DNA of 63,713 bases, filler included, from Octopus bimaculoides (GCF_001194135.2; 4 parts of 4 records of this genome joined end to end with filler, not necessarily neighbours in it); one strand, 5' to 3'; shown: positions 1 to 13,164, counted from the first letter of the whole stretch. Numbers and translations are program-made. Notes: generated by a model from the letters alone, not told the origin.

Positions 1-210
1 ATATATATATACTTACACACACAGAGATTCAGCGATGATGGAGAGAGGGAAAGAAGGAGAATAATACACTTAGTAAATGTGCCATGAAGATGGAAGGGAC
101 TTTAAAATGTAGAAGGACATTCGTTATGTTTGAAGGGGAAATTTTCAGTCAGAATGAGAGGGGGAAGAAATAACCGTTCTCACTTCTAATGCATACTGTG
201 CCAGTATATA

Positions 211-1502
211 TACGAGGGAGTACCCAAAAGTAATCGGAAACGACAAGGCCGTTGTAGTCCAGGTTTCCCCCGCCGTCAGAAGTCACTTCCTGTGACCTTC
301 AGGCATCAGTCTGCAGACCGGTGTTTTCGAGTGACGTCGTACAGCCATTTGGTGTGTCTTTGTTTTGCAGTGTTTCTCTCCTGTTCGTCACCAACTGTGA
401 TGGCTGAAGCAGCATGCTTCCGTGAAAATATGTCTTTTGCTGGGAAAATTGGCGGTCGAAACAGTTGCCATGCCTCAAATAGCTTACAAAGATGTTGCCA
501 TGAGCAAAACACAAGTTTACGAGTGGTTATCACGTTTTAGGAATGGTTACTTGTCGCTTGAAGACAAATATCGTTTAGTCGACTTCCCGAACGAATGAAA
601 ACATCTCGAAGAGTCATGAACAGATCTTGGAGGAGTGTCACCGAACAAGTGACGAACTTGTTGATAAGACTTGCGTGACCTTGAAATCCTGCCAATGAAT
701 TCTGAGCGAGTAATTGCGAATAAAAGTCTTGCAACAAAATGTGTGCCTCGATCGCTCTCGGAAGATCAAAAGCAATCAAGACTGAATGCCTGTTGAGAGC
801 TGAAAGAACGCTTGGAATTTAATCTGGACCTTTTTTTTTTGTTTTTGCGAAAGTCATCTCTGGTGACAAGCTGGTGCTACGGTTACGACCCTGAAACGAA
901 GCAGCAACCAAGTCAATAGAAGCATCCGATGTCACCACGCCCCACAAAAGCGCGTCAAGTGAAGTCGAACCTCAAGGCGATGCTGGTTTGTTTCACCGAT
1001 GCGAAAGGGTTTGTCCTCATAGAATTTAGTCCCCTTGGTCAAACTGCTAACCAGCCGTTTTATTTGGCTGATCTGAAACGAAAACGCTCCAGCCTGTGGC
1101 AAAGTGCAGAGGGGTGGTTTCCTTACGACAATGCACCTGCACACACCACCTTGAGTGTCAGACAGTTTTTGACCAAAAATGGAATGACTCCGCTTACCCA
1201 TCCTACCTATTCCCCCTATCTTGCTCCCTGCTTTTATTTGTTCTTCCGAATGAAAAAAGGCCTTAAAGAAAAACGTTTTGCACATTTGGAAGAGATGAAT
1301 AAAAAAAAAAAAACATGGAATGCGTTAAAGCACATGATTTCGTAAGACTTCGAGGACTGTTTTGAACAGTGAAAAATGAGTCTGGAGCGATGCACTGCAT
1401 CCAATGAAGAATAATTTGAAGGCGGTAAAAGTATAAACACGTAAAACTAAGAAAAGAAAATAATATTGCAAAATTCCTGTTTCTTTTGGGTACCCTGTCG
1501 TG
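211..1502 (+). mobile_element. Near full-length, decayed mariner DNA transposon (about 1.29 kb)
   Basis: Imperfect TIRs: tacgagggagtacccaaaagtaatcggaa at 211 versus the reverse complement cacgacagggtacccaaaagaaacaggaa ending about 1502. Frameshifted transposase pieces MSKTQVYEWLSRFR, WCYGYDPETKQQ, SPRPTKARQVKSN, DNAPAHT, PTYSPYLAPC. The third catalytic Asp region is disrupted. Confidence 0.93.
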
Positions 1503-1612
1503 TGAATATNNNNNNNNNNNNNNNNNNNNNNNNNNNNNNNNNNNNNNNNNNNNNNNNNNNNNNNNNNNNNNNNNNNNNNNNNNNNNNNNNNNNNNNNNNN
1601 NNNNNNNNNNNN

Positions 1613-1655
<43 letters not shown>

Positions 1656-2634
1656 CGTATGTATGCAAATATATCTCTGTGTGTGTGAAGAGAAAGAGAG
1701 TTTGAGGGAGAGAGAGAGAGAGCAATATGAATAATATTAAATCTTTTTTAAATAAAGTATTATTTGCAATGTACTGATCCTGACTTCAGCTAAGAAAGGG
1801 AAGTTCAAGAAATGATATGTTGGAACGGAATAGAGTATCGTAATAGGAAGAATAATAAAGAAAAAGCAACAGATGGAGAAAAAAAATTCTTAAGTATACT
1901 TCCAAGTCAGAGTATGATAATGCAACAGGAAGCAATTTCAATTGAACCAGTGGAAACTGAAGAAATGAAATATAATGAACAAGAGAAAGTTGTAGATAAG
2001 AGTGATAGATGATCAATTGAAAATTAGGTAAGAGAAAATATATTGACACGAAGTGATATTTCAACAGAAATCCATAGTGAACACGGGAAATTAAATATTC
2101 TTGAATGCATTTTCATAATACAAAATTTACGTGATGCAAGCTCATGCACAGATACATATATATGCATATAGATAGACACACACACACTCACACTCATATT
2201 TATATACTTATATGTGTATATATACATACATATATAAGTAATATACTTATATATATATATATATATNNNNNNNNNNNNNNNNNNNNNNNNNNNNNNNNNN
2301 NNNNNNNNNNNNNNNNNNNNNNNNNNNNNNNNNNNNNNNNNNNNNNNNNNNNNNNNNNNNNNNNNNNNNNNNNNNNNNNNNNNNNNNNNNNNNNNNNNNN
2401 NNNNNNNNNNNNNNNNNNNNNNNNNNNNNNNNNNNNNNNNNNNNNNNNNNNNNNNNNNNNNNNNNNNNNNNNNNNNNNNNNNNNNNNNNNNNNNNNNNNN
2501 NNNNNNNNNNNNNNNNNNNNNNNNNNNNNNNNNNNNNNNNNNNNNNNNNNNNNNNNNNNNNNNNNNNNNNNNNATATATATATATATATATATATATAAA
2601 TTAAAAACGTAAAAATATATACAAGCATATACAA

Positions 2635-2775
2635 CAGGAATCGACGACAAAACCACTGACAAGGCTTCGCCCGACGCCCCAAAGTATAGTACAAGACTCT
2701 TGCCCAAAGTGCCATGCAGTAGAGCTGAACTTGGGACTACGTGATTGGGAAAGAAACTTACTACGCAGGCGCATA
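2635..2775 (-). mobile_element. tRNA-derived SINE, family B, degenerate 5' part
   Basis: Reverse complement resembles the family B copies at 30549 and 39985 (…GGCACTTTGGGCAAG…CTATA…GCCTTG…GTGG). Confidence 0.6.
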
Positions 2776-2884
2776 CATAACGTATATGATTTATATGTAT
2801 ATACATATATTAAATAAATAAACATGTATATAAATCACGTCATGTATGGTACGCCTGCAGCGCATTGACAACACAGCAATAAAT

Positions 2885-3200
2885 GTCTTCTTGATTAAGT
2901 TCACTTTTTCCTGTTACCTTTCCACCTTTGATATCCTTCCATGATAATATTTTCCAGACCACTGCGTCCTCCAGTGTGGCCACATTTTTATGGCCATATG
3001 ATCTTTGGTTTCTTTCACAACGTTCAGGTGTTGTCGTCTTTCACCAACTTGTTTTAACACTCGTTCATTTGTCCTCTGGTCCTTGTAAGAGACTCGTAAC
3101 ATTCCCGTACTAACTTATGATTTGAACACGCTGATTATATTCTCTTCAAATTTGTTCAAACACTCTGTTTCTCAATTATAAGTGTCAATTGACCAAATAA
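2885..3200 (-). mobile_element. RTE-clade LINE, ORF2 3' remnant
   Basis: MLRVSYKDQRTNERVLKQVGERRQHLNVVK resembles the RTE C-terminal MLRISW.DR.TNEEVL block. Confidence 0.7.
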
Positions 3201-3279
3201 GTATTGCAACTAGCATTTTTTAAATCTTGGTTGGGTCTCATTTGCTGCTACACATGTTATTTACGAACTTGCCGTGGCT

Positions 3280-5140
3280 GGGCGTGCCCTAAATTTTATT
3301 TTAAATGCAGCAACCTGGGCCGCAGTAACAAAGTCTACCTGTCACACCTCTCGGTCCATCGTCACTGCCTAGATTTCCTGGATACTTACGAGGCCAGTGT
3401 TTACAAAGTAGTTGTCAATGTAAGTGTATTCGACGTTTTCCTCTTCTTACCTCTCCATCAAGTCTGCTCCATAAAACTAATTTGGATTTTTCTAGTTCAG
3501 GATGGCGCACAAAGTAACCAGATAGTCGTAGCCGCCTTTACCTGATCTTTTGTCATATGTTGCTGACATTTCACATCTAGAGCCCTTTGAAGCATCCTTA
3601 TGTAGCATCCATTTAGCCCGTTTGTCAGTGTCCATGCAACACTGCCATATAATAGCACTGTTTCGACAGTTGCAATTAACAGCTTGATTTTGATTTGCCT
3701 GTGCCGTTTGGAGTTCCAAACTTTCTTTAGTTCGTGACAGGTCGTCCATGCTTTTGCCTTTCTCATCTTGATGTCAGCTTCCGAACTGCTCACCCAAACA
3801 ACTAAGTACTTGAAATCTTTAGTAACTTTCAGATTGGAGCCTCTCAGAGTAAACAGTTCAGTACCACTCGATTGGTTGACAAACATGTAGTTCCTTTCCT
3901 TGATATTTGTATGCAATCATATCTTAGCAGCTGATGTTTCTACACTGCTGAGCAGCTGTTGTGCTTTGTCTATTTCATTAGATATGAGTGCTATGTCATC
4001 TGCGAAATCCAGGTTAGTGATGTTTACTGCTCGTACTCTGCATGATCTTCGCGCGTTAAACCAAGCTTTTCGTCACTGTTACCTATAGCCTCACGCATTG
4101 TATAATCCAATACAATTGCAATCAGATAAGATGCAAATATATCTCCTAGTAGCACACGAGCTAATATTTGAAAGAATTTCATTCCTCCAGCAGATGAAAA
4201 CATAAGAGCTCTCGTCTTCTCGTAGGTTTTGCAATGGCAATAAGTAATTTTCTGGAATGCCATATGCTGCCAAAAGCCATATGCTATACAACGCTGACTA
4301 ACACTTTTCCTATTTTTGAACTTTTCTGTATTCTCATTATTTACTCGAATACAGGACTCTTGCTAGATATAAAGCAGCTTGATGAGCCTGATGAGATGCT
4401 TCGGAATGCTAAGATCACACATGATGCGTCACATGTGGCTATAAATTGTACAATGAAAGATCTTTCTGCTATCAATGTAGCAAATGAAAATTGTGATGTG
4501 TGCTCTTATCATCGCTAAAATTGTTTGCAGATTGTGCAGATGATCTTTTGCTCCACGTCCGCTTCTAAAGCCAGCCTGTTCTTTAGCCATTTCTAGTTCA
4601 AGGAATAGTTACAAGCGTTCTAGAACAAGGACCACATGAACAGGTCTTCCAATTTTTGTATTGGTACATATTCTGCTATGCACCAACCTGACATCAGAAG
4701 TTGTGGTGTAGTGCTATGGCTTTTGTTTCCTGCACTTTTGATCATTTCATTTGGCACTACATCTAGATTTGATGCTTTTTGTTTTGGTTTTTGTCTTTTC
4801 CAGGGGTATTTCTACCTCACTTCTTAGTGGTTCAGGTTCCTTCTCATACCCTAAATTCTTTCAACCATCATAAAACTTCTTCGTGTATTCTAGCCACTTT
4901 TGGTTTACCCGTTTTGGAGATCCTTCAACTGTTGGAAAACATCTTTTGAATTAATGTGCTTTGCTCGTAGTAGATTTTCGCACGAATTTGTTATGTACGT
5001 TCTTTTTTAACTTTCCAGCATTCATGTTTGACTTCTTTTTTCGTGTTTTATATTCATCTATGTCGAAATCCAATGTTCATTCTTTCCTTCTTTTTTTTTT
5101 CAACAAGATCAATAGTTGCTTGTTGATTTTGGGAAAACGT
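3280..5140 (-). mobile_element. RTE/RTE-X-like LINE, reverse-transcriptase region, decayed
   Basis: RVLLGDIFASYLIAIVLDY (GVLQGD-type motif), ITNLDFADDIALIS (FADD at about 3990-4010), DFKYL, ETVLLYGSVAWTLT. Multiple stops and frameshifts. Confidence 0.88.
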
Positions 5141-5629
5141 CTTTCGGCAGATACAAGATATATAAATATATATATATATGTATATGTATGTATGCATGTA
5201 TGTATGTATGTATGTATGTATGTATGTATGCATGCATGTACCTATCTACGCATTTGTACATGTGTACTTAAAAAAATGAAAAAGAACAAAACATTTAAAA
5301 TATTGTTTGGAGGATATATGTATAGGAATTTGCTATAAGCACCGAATTCAGAGGAGTAACGATTATTTGAAAGAACAGATTAGTAGAACTCCTTTATGTA
5401 TCCCACTTTACCCATAAGAACCACAATTCCAAATTACATTCCAAATCCAATGATCACATCCATAACTAAACTAAACAAAGTTCCCAAGCGCATACTTGAT
5501 ATTATTAATCTAAGAAAGTGTTTTGCGTTTAGACCACTTGAACTACACTTCTGATGTAAGCAAGAGGTTATATGGCATTGAAAACAGAGCCTGTCGCAAA
5601 TGTACCGATTACAATATTATGACTGCTTT

Positions 5630-5975
5630 GAAGGCGGTGACCTGGCAGAATCGTTAGCACGCCGGGCGAAATACTTCGCGGTATTTCGTCTGCCGCTATG
5701 TTCTGAGTTCAAACTCCGCCGAGGTCGAATTTGCCTTTCATCCTTTCGGGGTCGATAAATTAAGCACCAGTTACGCACTAGGGTCGATGTAATCGACTTA
5801 ATCCCTTTGTCTGTCTTTGTTTGTCTTTGTTTGTCCCCTCTATGTTTATCCCCTTGTGGGCAATAAAGAAATGGGTATCGTTAGCATGCCAGACAAAATA
5901 CTTAGCAGCATTTTGTCTGTCTTTACATTCTGAATTCAAATTTTGCCGAGGTAGACTTTGCCTATCATCGTTTCG
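5630..5975 (+). mobile_element. SINE family A (full copy 5630-5871, then a partial copy)
   Basis: Head GAAGGCGGTGACCTGGCAGAATCGTTAGCACGCCGGGC, B-box-like GAGTTCAAACTCC, central GCCTTTCATCCTTTCGGGGTCGATAAA. Recurs many times in the window. Confidence 0.88.
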
Positions 5976-7449
5976 GGATGGATCGCAATTGTAGCATTCT
6001 AACATCAATCAGGTAAATCAAATATCGCTGGATCCAGAACTACAAAGGAGGATCCACAAGGTGGTAATAGGGAAATACACACACCCAAACAGCGAAGACC
6101 CCGTAGAAAAAAAGCAGTACACAAATTATCCAATGAGATTATTGATATGTGTATGGACAGGGTGTTCCCGAGTGAAAAGCTAAATGAGAGAAGGTGATAT
6201 AATTGGTGAAAATGAACCTGCTGGAAGTGAAAATTTAAATGATGATTGTATTCGTACTACCTTCAGTCATTAGATCAATAACTATTTAAAAGGCCGGAAT
6301 TATAGGCAGGACAATGGCTTACATAACGTTGTAGATAATAATAAACACAATAGGATTAATATATAAAATTTAGCAGCACTGTAGAGGATAATTGTTTATT
6401 AAACGGGAATTGATTACATAAAAATAGTGTTTATAAATATGAATGTACAATAGCTTTGAATATTACAAACTTTCAGCAACAATTTCTCTTATAGGACAGG
6501 CCCTGCCTGTTAGTTTCTAAATTACAGCATAGTTTTTCAAGATTCACCTTTCTCTGCTATCGATTTGTTCTTGCGCTGACAGACATAATGAATATATAAT
6601 GCTGAATTTTCCAACGCGAACTACAGGAAATGTTTCTTTCTCTTTGCTGCTGTTTTGTTTTCGATTTTCCCTCAAACAACATCCAACTATATATCATACT
6701 AGAGCCGATGTCCATGTTAGCTCATATTAGAAGTGAACTCCATAATGAGAGAGAGATTTTGAATTAATTCTTAACTCACACACACACATATATGTGTGGG
6801 CGTGTGTGTGTGTGTGTGTGTGTATGTGTGTGCGTGCATGTGTGCGTATGTGTTTGTGTATGTGTGTGTTTCTATGCATGTATACAGCTAACGCAGAACG
6901 TATAGTCCGATGTAGACACATGAAATTCAGCTTCACATAAAGTATCTTCGCGGATAAAAAAAGGATTAAGCATGCAATTTCCTTTGAATTATGTATTTGT
7001 ATTATATAACAAATATATAAAAAGAAATAGTGTGTCTGTATGTATTATCTCCGTGGACAGTTAAAAATCTATGGAATATAGTTACAGATGAGAAACAATT
7101 TCTAGTAATGTTCTTTAATGAAACTACCCAATATTTAAACACGAAATTTAAGTGACCTACCCAATATTTAACCAAGAAAAACTTTTGGTCTGTTGTCATT
7201 AATGCGTTATGTGTGTAATACGTTTTGTCTAATTAATGTATCTCCATAATAGTTTGTTTCTGTTACTCAGTTACTTATGAGTTTCTTCACATGACTGAAA
7301 ATATTCCGTCTGCGCTTTTTTCTTTAATCTGCAAAGTTTATGGATAGAAATCTTTTTATATATTTATTCAAGGAATGCATAGCATTATATATTTATTCAA
7401 GGAATGTATAGCAATGAATGTATAGGAAAAGTGTAAGAAGTAATAATAT

Positions 7450-8210
7450 AGAATCATGAGATTAGTATTTCAAACAAAGCTAAATGCGAAACAAAAGTAT
7501 GAGTAAATATGTTCCAATAATGAAATTATCTCAACAATAATTTACAGTCATATATTTCAGTTGGCGACTGTTAAAGATAAAAAAATAGAAAAAGCTTTCA
7601 AATGTTTTCAAGGTATAAAACACATACAGAAGAAGCTGCAATGACAGAGAATTATGAGAGGACAGAAGAATTAATATTAGAAATTGTGAAAAAGTAAGCA
7701 AAATTTCAAATATTCGTTGAGCAGAGTTAGATTCAAAAATTATGAATGATTCTTTGTTGCGATACAATATCGACGCCATCCCATGGGAAATTACCAAAAG
7801 CCTATAATGAAGCAGGATGTATTAAGTAACAGCAGAATATATGGATACTAGCTGAAACAATTAAACACATTCTATGAATGTCTAGTCAAAGTGCACAGAG
7901 AATAGCTATTTCTATTTTCCAGGCAGTTTCTTAAACTTTCAACACTGGAAATCATCTCAACATTTGAAAATACCAACAGGATAAAGATGATGAATGATAA
8001 ATACGCTAGAAAAGATCTCAGAGAAGAACATAGCGATTAAAATCAAAGAGATCAAAACTATTCGGCCTATATTGTAATGATCAGGCAACATGTAGATACC
8101 TATAGAAACAAACCAAAAACCAATAAGACTTACATATTTTTATTGTATAATTTACAGATAACAGGACTGTCGGGAATAACGCACACATTTCGTAGTGCGT
8201 TTTCAATACA
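7450..8210 (+). mobile_element. Heavily decayed R4/Dong-type retrotransposon C-terminal remnant
   Basis: Degenerate CRM..…ETIKHIL (zinc-knuckle-like) near 7810-7880 and LQITGLSGITHTFRSAF, resembling the terminal LLGTAHILRKVL motif. Confidence 0.4.
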
Positions 8211-8379
8211 AACTAACACTACAGTCAAGGACCTCACGGCTGTGGTTTGTAATTTAATGAATGCATGCAATAAAAGTATGGCTACCGAATGATTATAACA
8301 CACGCATAAGGCCTAACATTTTGGCAGGACGAACTTATTAACTGACTGATTAATTTATCTAGCGCAAAACGATGTAAAG

Positions 8380-8690
8380 CACACTTGACTTCGGCAGGAA
8401 CTGAACTTCCACACTAAATCTTGATAACATTTGAAAAAATCGCACAGAATGAATTTGACTGTCAAATTGTACCAGAAATCTTATGAACAAATTCAAATCA
8501 TACATAAATAACAGCTGATTGTGTTTTTCCTTACCTTTTCCTAGATCATACCGCAGATTTGTCTTCTGCAATGTCACACTTAATGGAATTATTCTCAGCA
8601 CGAAGGTCAGGCAATTGAACCTGAATCCGGATATAAAAACCTGAAAATACTTGAGACGGATTGAATTAATAAGCATGATGATATGAAATA
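8380..8690 (-). mobile_element. R4/Dong-clade RT fragment
   Basis: FVLRIIPLSVTLQKTNLRYDLGKGKEKHNQLLFMYDLNLF matches the R4 pattern IPLS..LRK...GY.L....INHLLFMDDLKLF. Confidence 0.8.
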
Positions 8691-8829
8691 AAAGACAAGG
8701 TAAAATTATCTGAGATGGATATTCGATTTAAAGTTGAATGCCAGAAACATAATTTCAGCATTAAATTCGGCATTAAACTCGCACACAGTTACATCATAAG
8801 CCACATGTCCTCTGTATTACATGCTGCAT

Positions 8830-9075
8830 GCCCATTTGACTTACAGATAGTTAAGAAGGAAGGTGAGCCAGTAGATGTGTAGAATCCTTTAAATCTGAGA
8901 TGGCACGGCTGTAAGACATGTGAAGATATTGCCAATTATTGTCTGAGCCTTGAGCATGATATCAAAATGTATTGGCAGGAAAGTAAAGAGAATGGGATTA
9001 GTGTCCACTTTAGCTATTGAGAAATGTTTGCTTCCTTGGCACGGCCCGAATTATTAGAAAAGTACTAGGTAGTTG
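8830..9075 (+). mobile_element. R4/Dong-clade 3' end fragment
   Basis: EMARL…LPIIV*ALSMI…CFLGTARIIRKVL, the same terminal motif as the copy at 51738-52003. Confidence 0.7.
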
Positions 9076-9164
9076 AAATGAACAAATGGCACTGTACCGT
9101 TGGCCACAGCTAGCACGTCTGCTACCCACGCAAGATTCCAGAACTTCCAGCAAATCCTGCTGGA

Positions 9165-9515
9165 AAAGATCAAAGGTGATAGCTTATCTCTATTAATATT
9201 CATATTGGCAATGACGCTGCTCACTATGATAGTACGCAAAGTTTAAATTGCTTACGATTTGGGAAAAAGGAAATGGTCAATGCGAAAAATGAGAAACAGC
9301 TTGAAAAGCTTGTACTTATCCGAATTTTCTCAAATGACGTAAGTATGGAATTTGGGATAGGAAAGTGCGCTATATTGAAAATGAAACGTGGAAGATTTAA
9401 AAGATCCCAGGGAATATCAAATGGGCAGTGACAGCGATTGAGAGAGGACAGTTGTATAAGTACTTGGAAAAATTAGAAGCAAACGAAATTAAAAAAAGTA
9501 AAGAAATTATACAAA
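9165..9515 (+). mobile_element. R4/Dong-clade RT fragment
   Basis: QGDSLSLLIFILAMTLL…MEFGIGKCAILKMKRGR…YKYL. Confidence 0.8.
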
Positions 9516-9529
9516 TGACCAGTAGAGAG

Positions 9530-10870
9530 TACACTTTGAGAAGACCGAACGTGAAATAAAGGGCCTAGTTTCAAGAGTGCAGACATTCAGTAAGGATATC
9601 TGAATGGAATTTGGAACTAAAAATTGCGGTATGCTTATAATACAAAGAGGTAAACTAGTGTCGTCTAATGGTGTAGAATTACTCAACAGCGAGCAAATCA
9701 AAGATATTGAGACTAATGTATATAAGTATCAGAAAATTTTGGAATATGACAAGATCAAAGAAAGTGAAATGAAGGAAAGCTCTAGGCAGGAATATCTCAG
9801 AGGAACCAAGTTAATTATGGGACGTAGGCTTAATGGAAGAAAAGATGAGGGCAATGAACACATGGGCTGTTTCTTAATGCGGTATGGCCCATGTGTTGTT
9901 AGATGAACAAAGAACGAGCTTGAGTACATGGACAGGAAAATCAGAAAAGGTATGATAATTAACAAGGCACTACACCCCAAAAGCGATACTGAAAAGCTGT
10001 AAGTGTCTAGGAGCAAAGGAAGTGGCCTGATAGGAGGCAAGATCTGTGTTGTCAACGAGAAGAACAGTCTGGGATGGTCCATGAAACTGCAGAGTGAATC
10101 CTTGTTTGCTGTTGTTGAAATTAACAATACAAAACCTACCGAAAATATAACGCCCCGACAAACATTTAAAAGCAGGATGAAGAAGAAAGAATAAACAACT
10201 GGATAAGGGAATCACTACACGGGCAATACCTCAAAGAAATCGAAGGAATAGACAAGATCAACATTTGTAGATGACTAAGAAAAAGTGATCTGAAAGGATG
10301 CACTGAGGTATTGATATGTAGCGCCCAGGAACAATCTCTGAGAACTAATTACACATAAGATATTGTGGGATTTTACAATACAATGTGACCCCCTAATCGA
10401 GGCTCGGAGACCAGATATTGTTGTGGTAGATAAAGGAAAAAGGAAACCAAGATTATAGAAATTGCAAAGGCTGGGGATGCACACATAAGTTACAAAGAAC
10501 TAGAAAAGATCGAAATGCACAGACTACTAAAAGACGAAATGGCAAGAATGTGTACTATGAAGAGAGTGTCTGTCATCCGAGTAATTGTAGAGTCATTCAA
10601 AGCACTAACAACCAAGTTCGAGAAATATGTGAGAGAAATCGGAATTGACATGAGAGCATAGCAAGCTCAAGAAACTGCTCTGATGGGGACATCTAGGATT
10701 TTGAGAGTGGTACTTGGATGTTGAATATTTTCCACCATAATTGACAACCTAGTAACAAAGCCTATAATGTGCGGAAAGAGACCCTATCAGACCTCTGGCA
10801 ACAGACTGGTGTCCGCACTCACAGAATCAACCAGAGGAAACAAGACCGAGCGCTCTGAGAACTAAAACGA
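9530..10870 (+). mobile_element. R4/Dong-clade retrotransposon, 3' about 1.3 kb: RT end, restriction-like endonuclease, 3' UTR, ending at (TAA)n
   Basis: MEFGTKNCGMLIIQRGKL, QEQSLRTNYI, EARRPDIVVVDKGK (REL PD motif), EKIEMHRLLKDEMAR, ALMGTSRILRVVLG. Abuts (TAA)n at about 10873. Confidence 0.9.
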
Positions 10871-10872
10871 TG

Positions 10873-10945
<73 letters not shown>

Positions 10946-10963
10946 TAATAATAATAATAATAA
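10873..10963. repeat. (AAT)n microsatellite
   Basis: Directly visible. Confidence 0.97.
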
Positions 10964-11499
10964 CACGATAATGTACTCCACTATTAGCATTTCACCTCTC
11001 TGAGGAGCCTATATATGTGGGAAGATCAACATTTAAAAAAAAAATGGATAAGATCATGGGTAGTAAAATCATGAGTAAAGATAAAACTCCAGAACGGAGC
11101 ATTTCAATGAAACTTGTTCATTTGCTTACATCACTTTCGTGATTTCGTTATTTCCTTTGGCAAGAATACCGAGATAACTTTGCCTGTTTATCCAATTAAA
11201 TCATCGGCAAAATATTGCTGATCTAAACTACACATCAAAATAAAAATAAAAACTCACTTGCTTACAAGTTGAATTACAATTTTAGAGTGGCAGAATCAAA
11301 AGGGCGATCGAAACCATAAAGTGTAATAAGTGATTCAGCTCCTCTGTTCTGGTTTCAAACTCCTTAGAGATCATTTTCCCTTTCATCAAGTTGACACATG
11401 GGAAAGATACGTTCAGCTATCACCATCCGAGAACCTGCTTTTTGATTCTATCTCAGTCAATCATATAGAACTATAAAGTGTGGTCTGTGTTGCCTACAA

Positions 11500-11880
11500 C
11501 TTTGAATCGTGTACATCTACATCGTATACATGCTACATTTATTGACAAGCTACAAATTACTATATCTAGACACAATCTGGATGAGTCGATACTTTTTGCC
11601 TGTGTCCAATTTGTTACGTTCAGAAAATCTTTTCGGTATATCTCAACAGATTGGAAGTGAGTGAGAAGGTTTGGGAAACTTTTACACCCCTTCTGTGGTG
11701 CATTTCAATCGCTGACTAGAACTAAAGAGTGATACGCGCCAAGCAAAACCGCCGAACGTCTCAGGGAATTCAGATGTCCCACTGCGACAAGACCGACACA
11801 GCATCTAGTGTGAAAGAATAACCTTTGCAACAGTTCACGACCTCAATCTTCAAATTACCTTCCGAATCCGGAAACAACTG
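11500..11880 (+). mobile_element. Possible very old LINE AP-endonuclease remnant
   Basis: FCGAF…AERLREF and KNNLCNS loosely resemble the GDFN…GERL and ENNL motifs. Weak. Confidence 0.25.
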
Positions 11881-11946
11881 ATAATTTTGGAGACACAAAT
11901 AAGCAGGCAAAGTTATGAGAGAAGCAACGCACATCCAAGCTGTGCA

Positions 11947-11998
<52 letters not shown>

Positions 11999-12089
11999 GA
12001 AGAAGGAGGAGGAAGAGGAGGCGGAGGAAGAGGAGGCGGAGGTGGAGGAGGAGGAGGAGGAGGAGGAGAAAAAGAAGAAGAAGCAGAAG

Positions 12090-12120
<31 letters not shown>
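11947..12120. repeat. Compound (AAT)n-(GGA)n-(GAA)n microsatellite
   Basis: Directly visible. Confidence 0.95.
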
Positions 12121-12121
<1 letters not shown>

Positions 12122-12758
12122 TTAGTGTTTAGATGATAAGCTTTAGATGTGAATATTAGTCGGATTTCGATGGTAATCAGATAATACCATACAAAAAGAA
12201 CGAGAGGAATAAAGATAATCCGCTGCAGATCAATCTATTGCTCGTAATTTAGCTTAACGTATCAAAATAGTTATTTAATAAATAATACTCCCGTAATACC
12301 ACACAACTGAATATTTGAAAGAGGAGAGGCGTTATATATCACACTCCATAAACATACACATATACATACGTACGCGTAAACATTTAAAGAATATCAGATA
12401 TTTAAATGTATGTGTGTGTGTGTGCGATGTGCACTTACAAAGACAGACATTATGTAAGAAATAATGATGCACATATATACGTGCTCCAACGCATCAGCAA
12501 TGAAACCAGGTGTATGCACCCCATACATATGCATGCTCTAATTCGACCACTTATAAACCGCAGGAACTAACGAAAAAAGTCTTGTCACTTGGTTGGGTTC
12601 AGTTCTATGACGTAGAATTTAGATAAATCTCATTAATAAATACACATTTACACACACATGGGACTAATTTTGTTTCTACTTTTCTTAAAACTTCATTTCA
12701 GTAATAATGTCTGTTATGTGTCAACGGAAGCGTTAGATTGGAAAAGCTATATATAACT

Positions 12759-13075
12759 GCCACTGCGATGGTAATGACGACGAGTGTTTTAGTTGATCCG
12801 ATCAGCTGAATAGACTGCTCATGAAATTAACGTGCAAGTGGTTGAGCACTCCAAAGTCATGCATACCCTTAACATACTTCTCTGGGAGATTCAGCGTGAC
12901 ACGGAATGTGAAAAGCCGGACCTTAGATTTACAGGATCAAATCATTTTTCCCAGCTGAGTGGACTCGAGCAACGTGAAATAAAGTGCCTTGCTCAATGAC
13001 AGACCGTGCCGCTTGGAATCGAACTCACGACCTTACGATCAAGAGAAGATATCCATAACCAATAAACTACGCGCA
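12759..13075 (-). mobile_element. SINE family C (tRNA head, CORE/V-like central block)
   Basis: Reverse complement is colinear with the plus-strand copy at 58673-58995. Confidence 0.85.
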
Positions 13076-13164
13076 TATACATACTCGAGATTTAAATTCA
13101 ATCTTTCAAAAAACAAACATAGTGTTGGAATTGAAACATTTCAAGTGTTTTTTTTTTTCTTAGC

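Noticed and set aside
6000-6270. Short open frames after the SINE pair (…KQRRPRRKKAVHKLSNE…)
   Set aside because: No start, splice support or recognisable homology.
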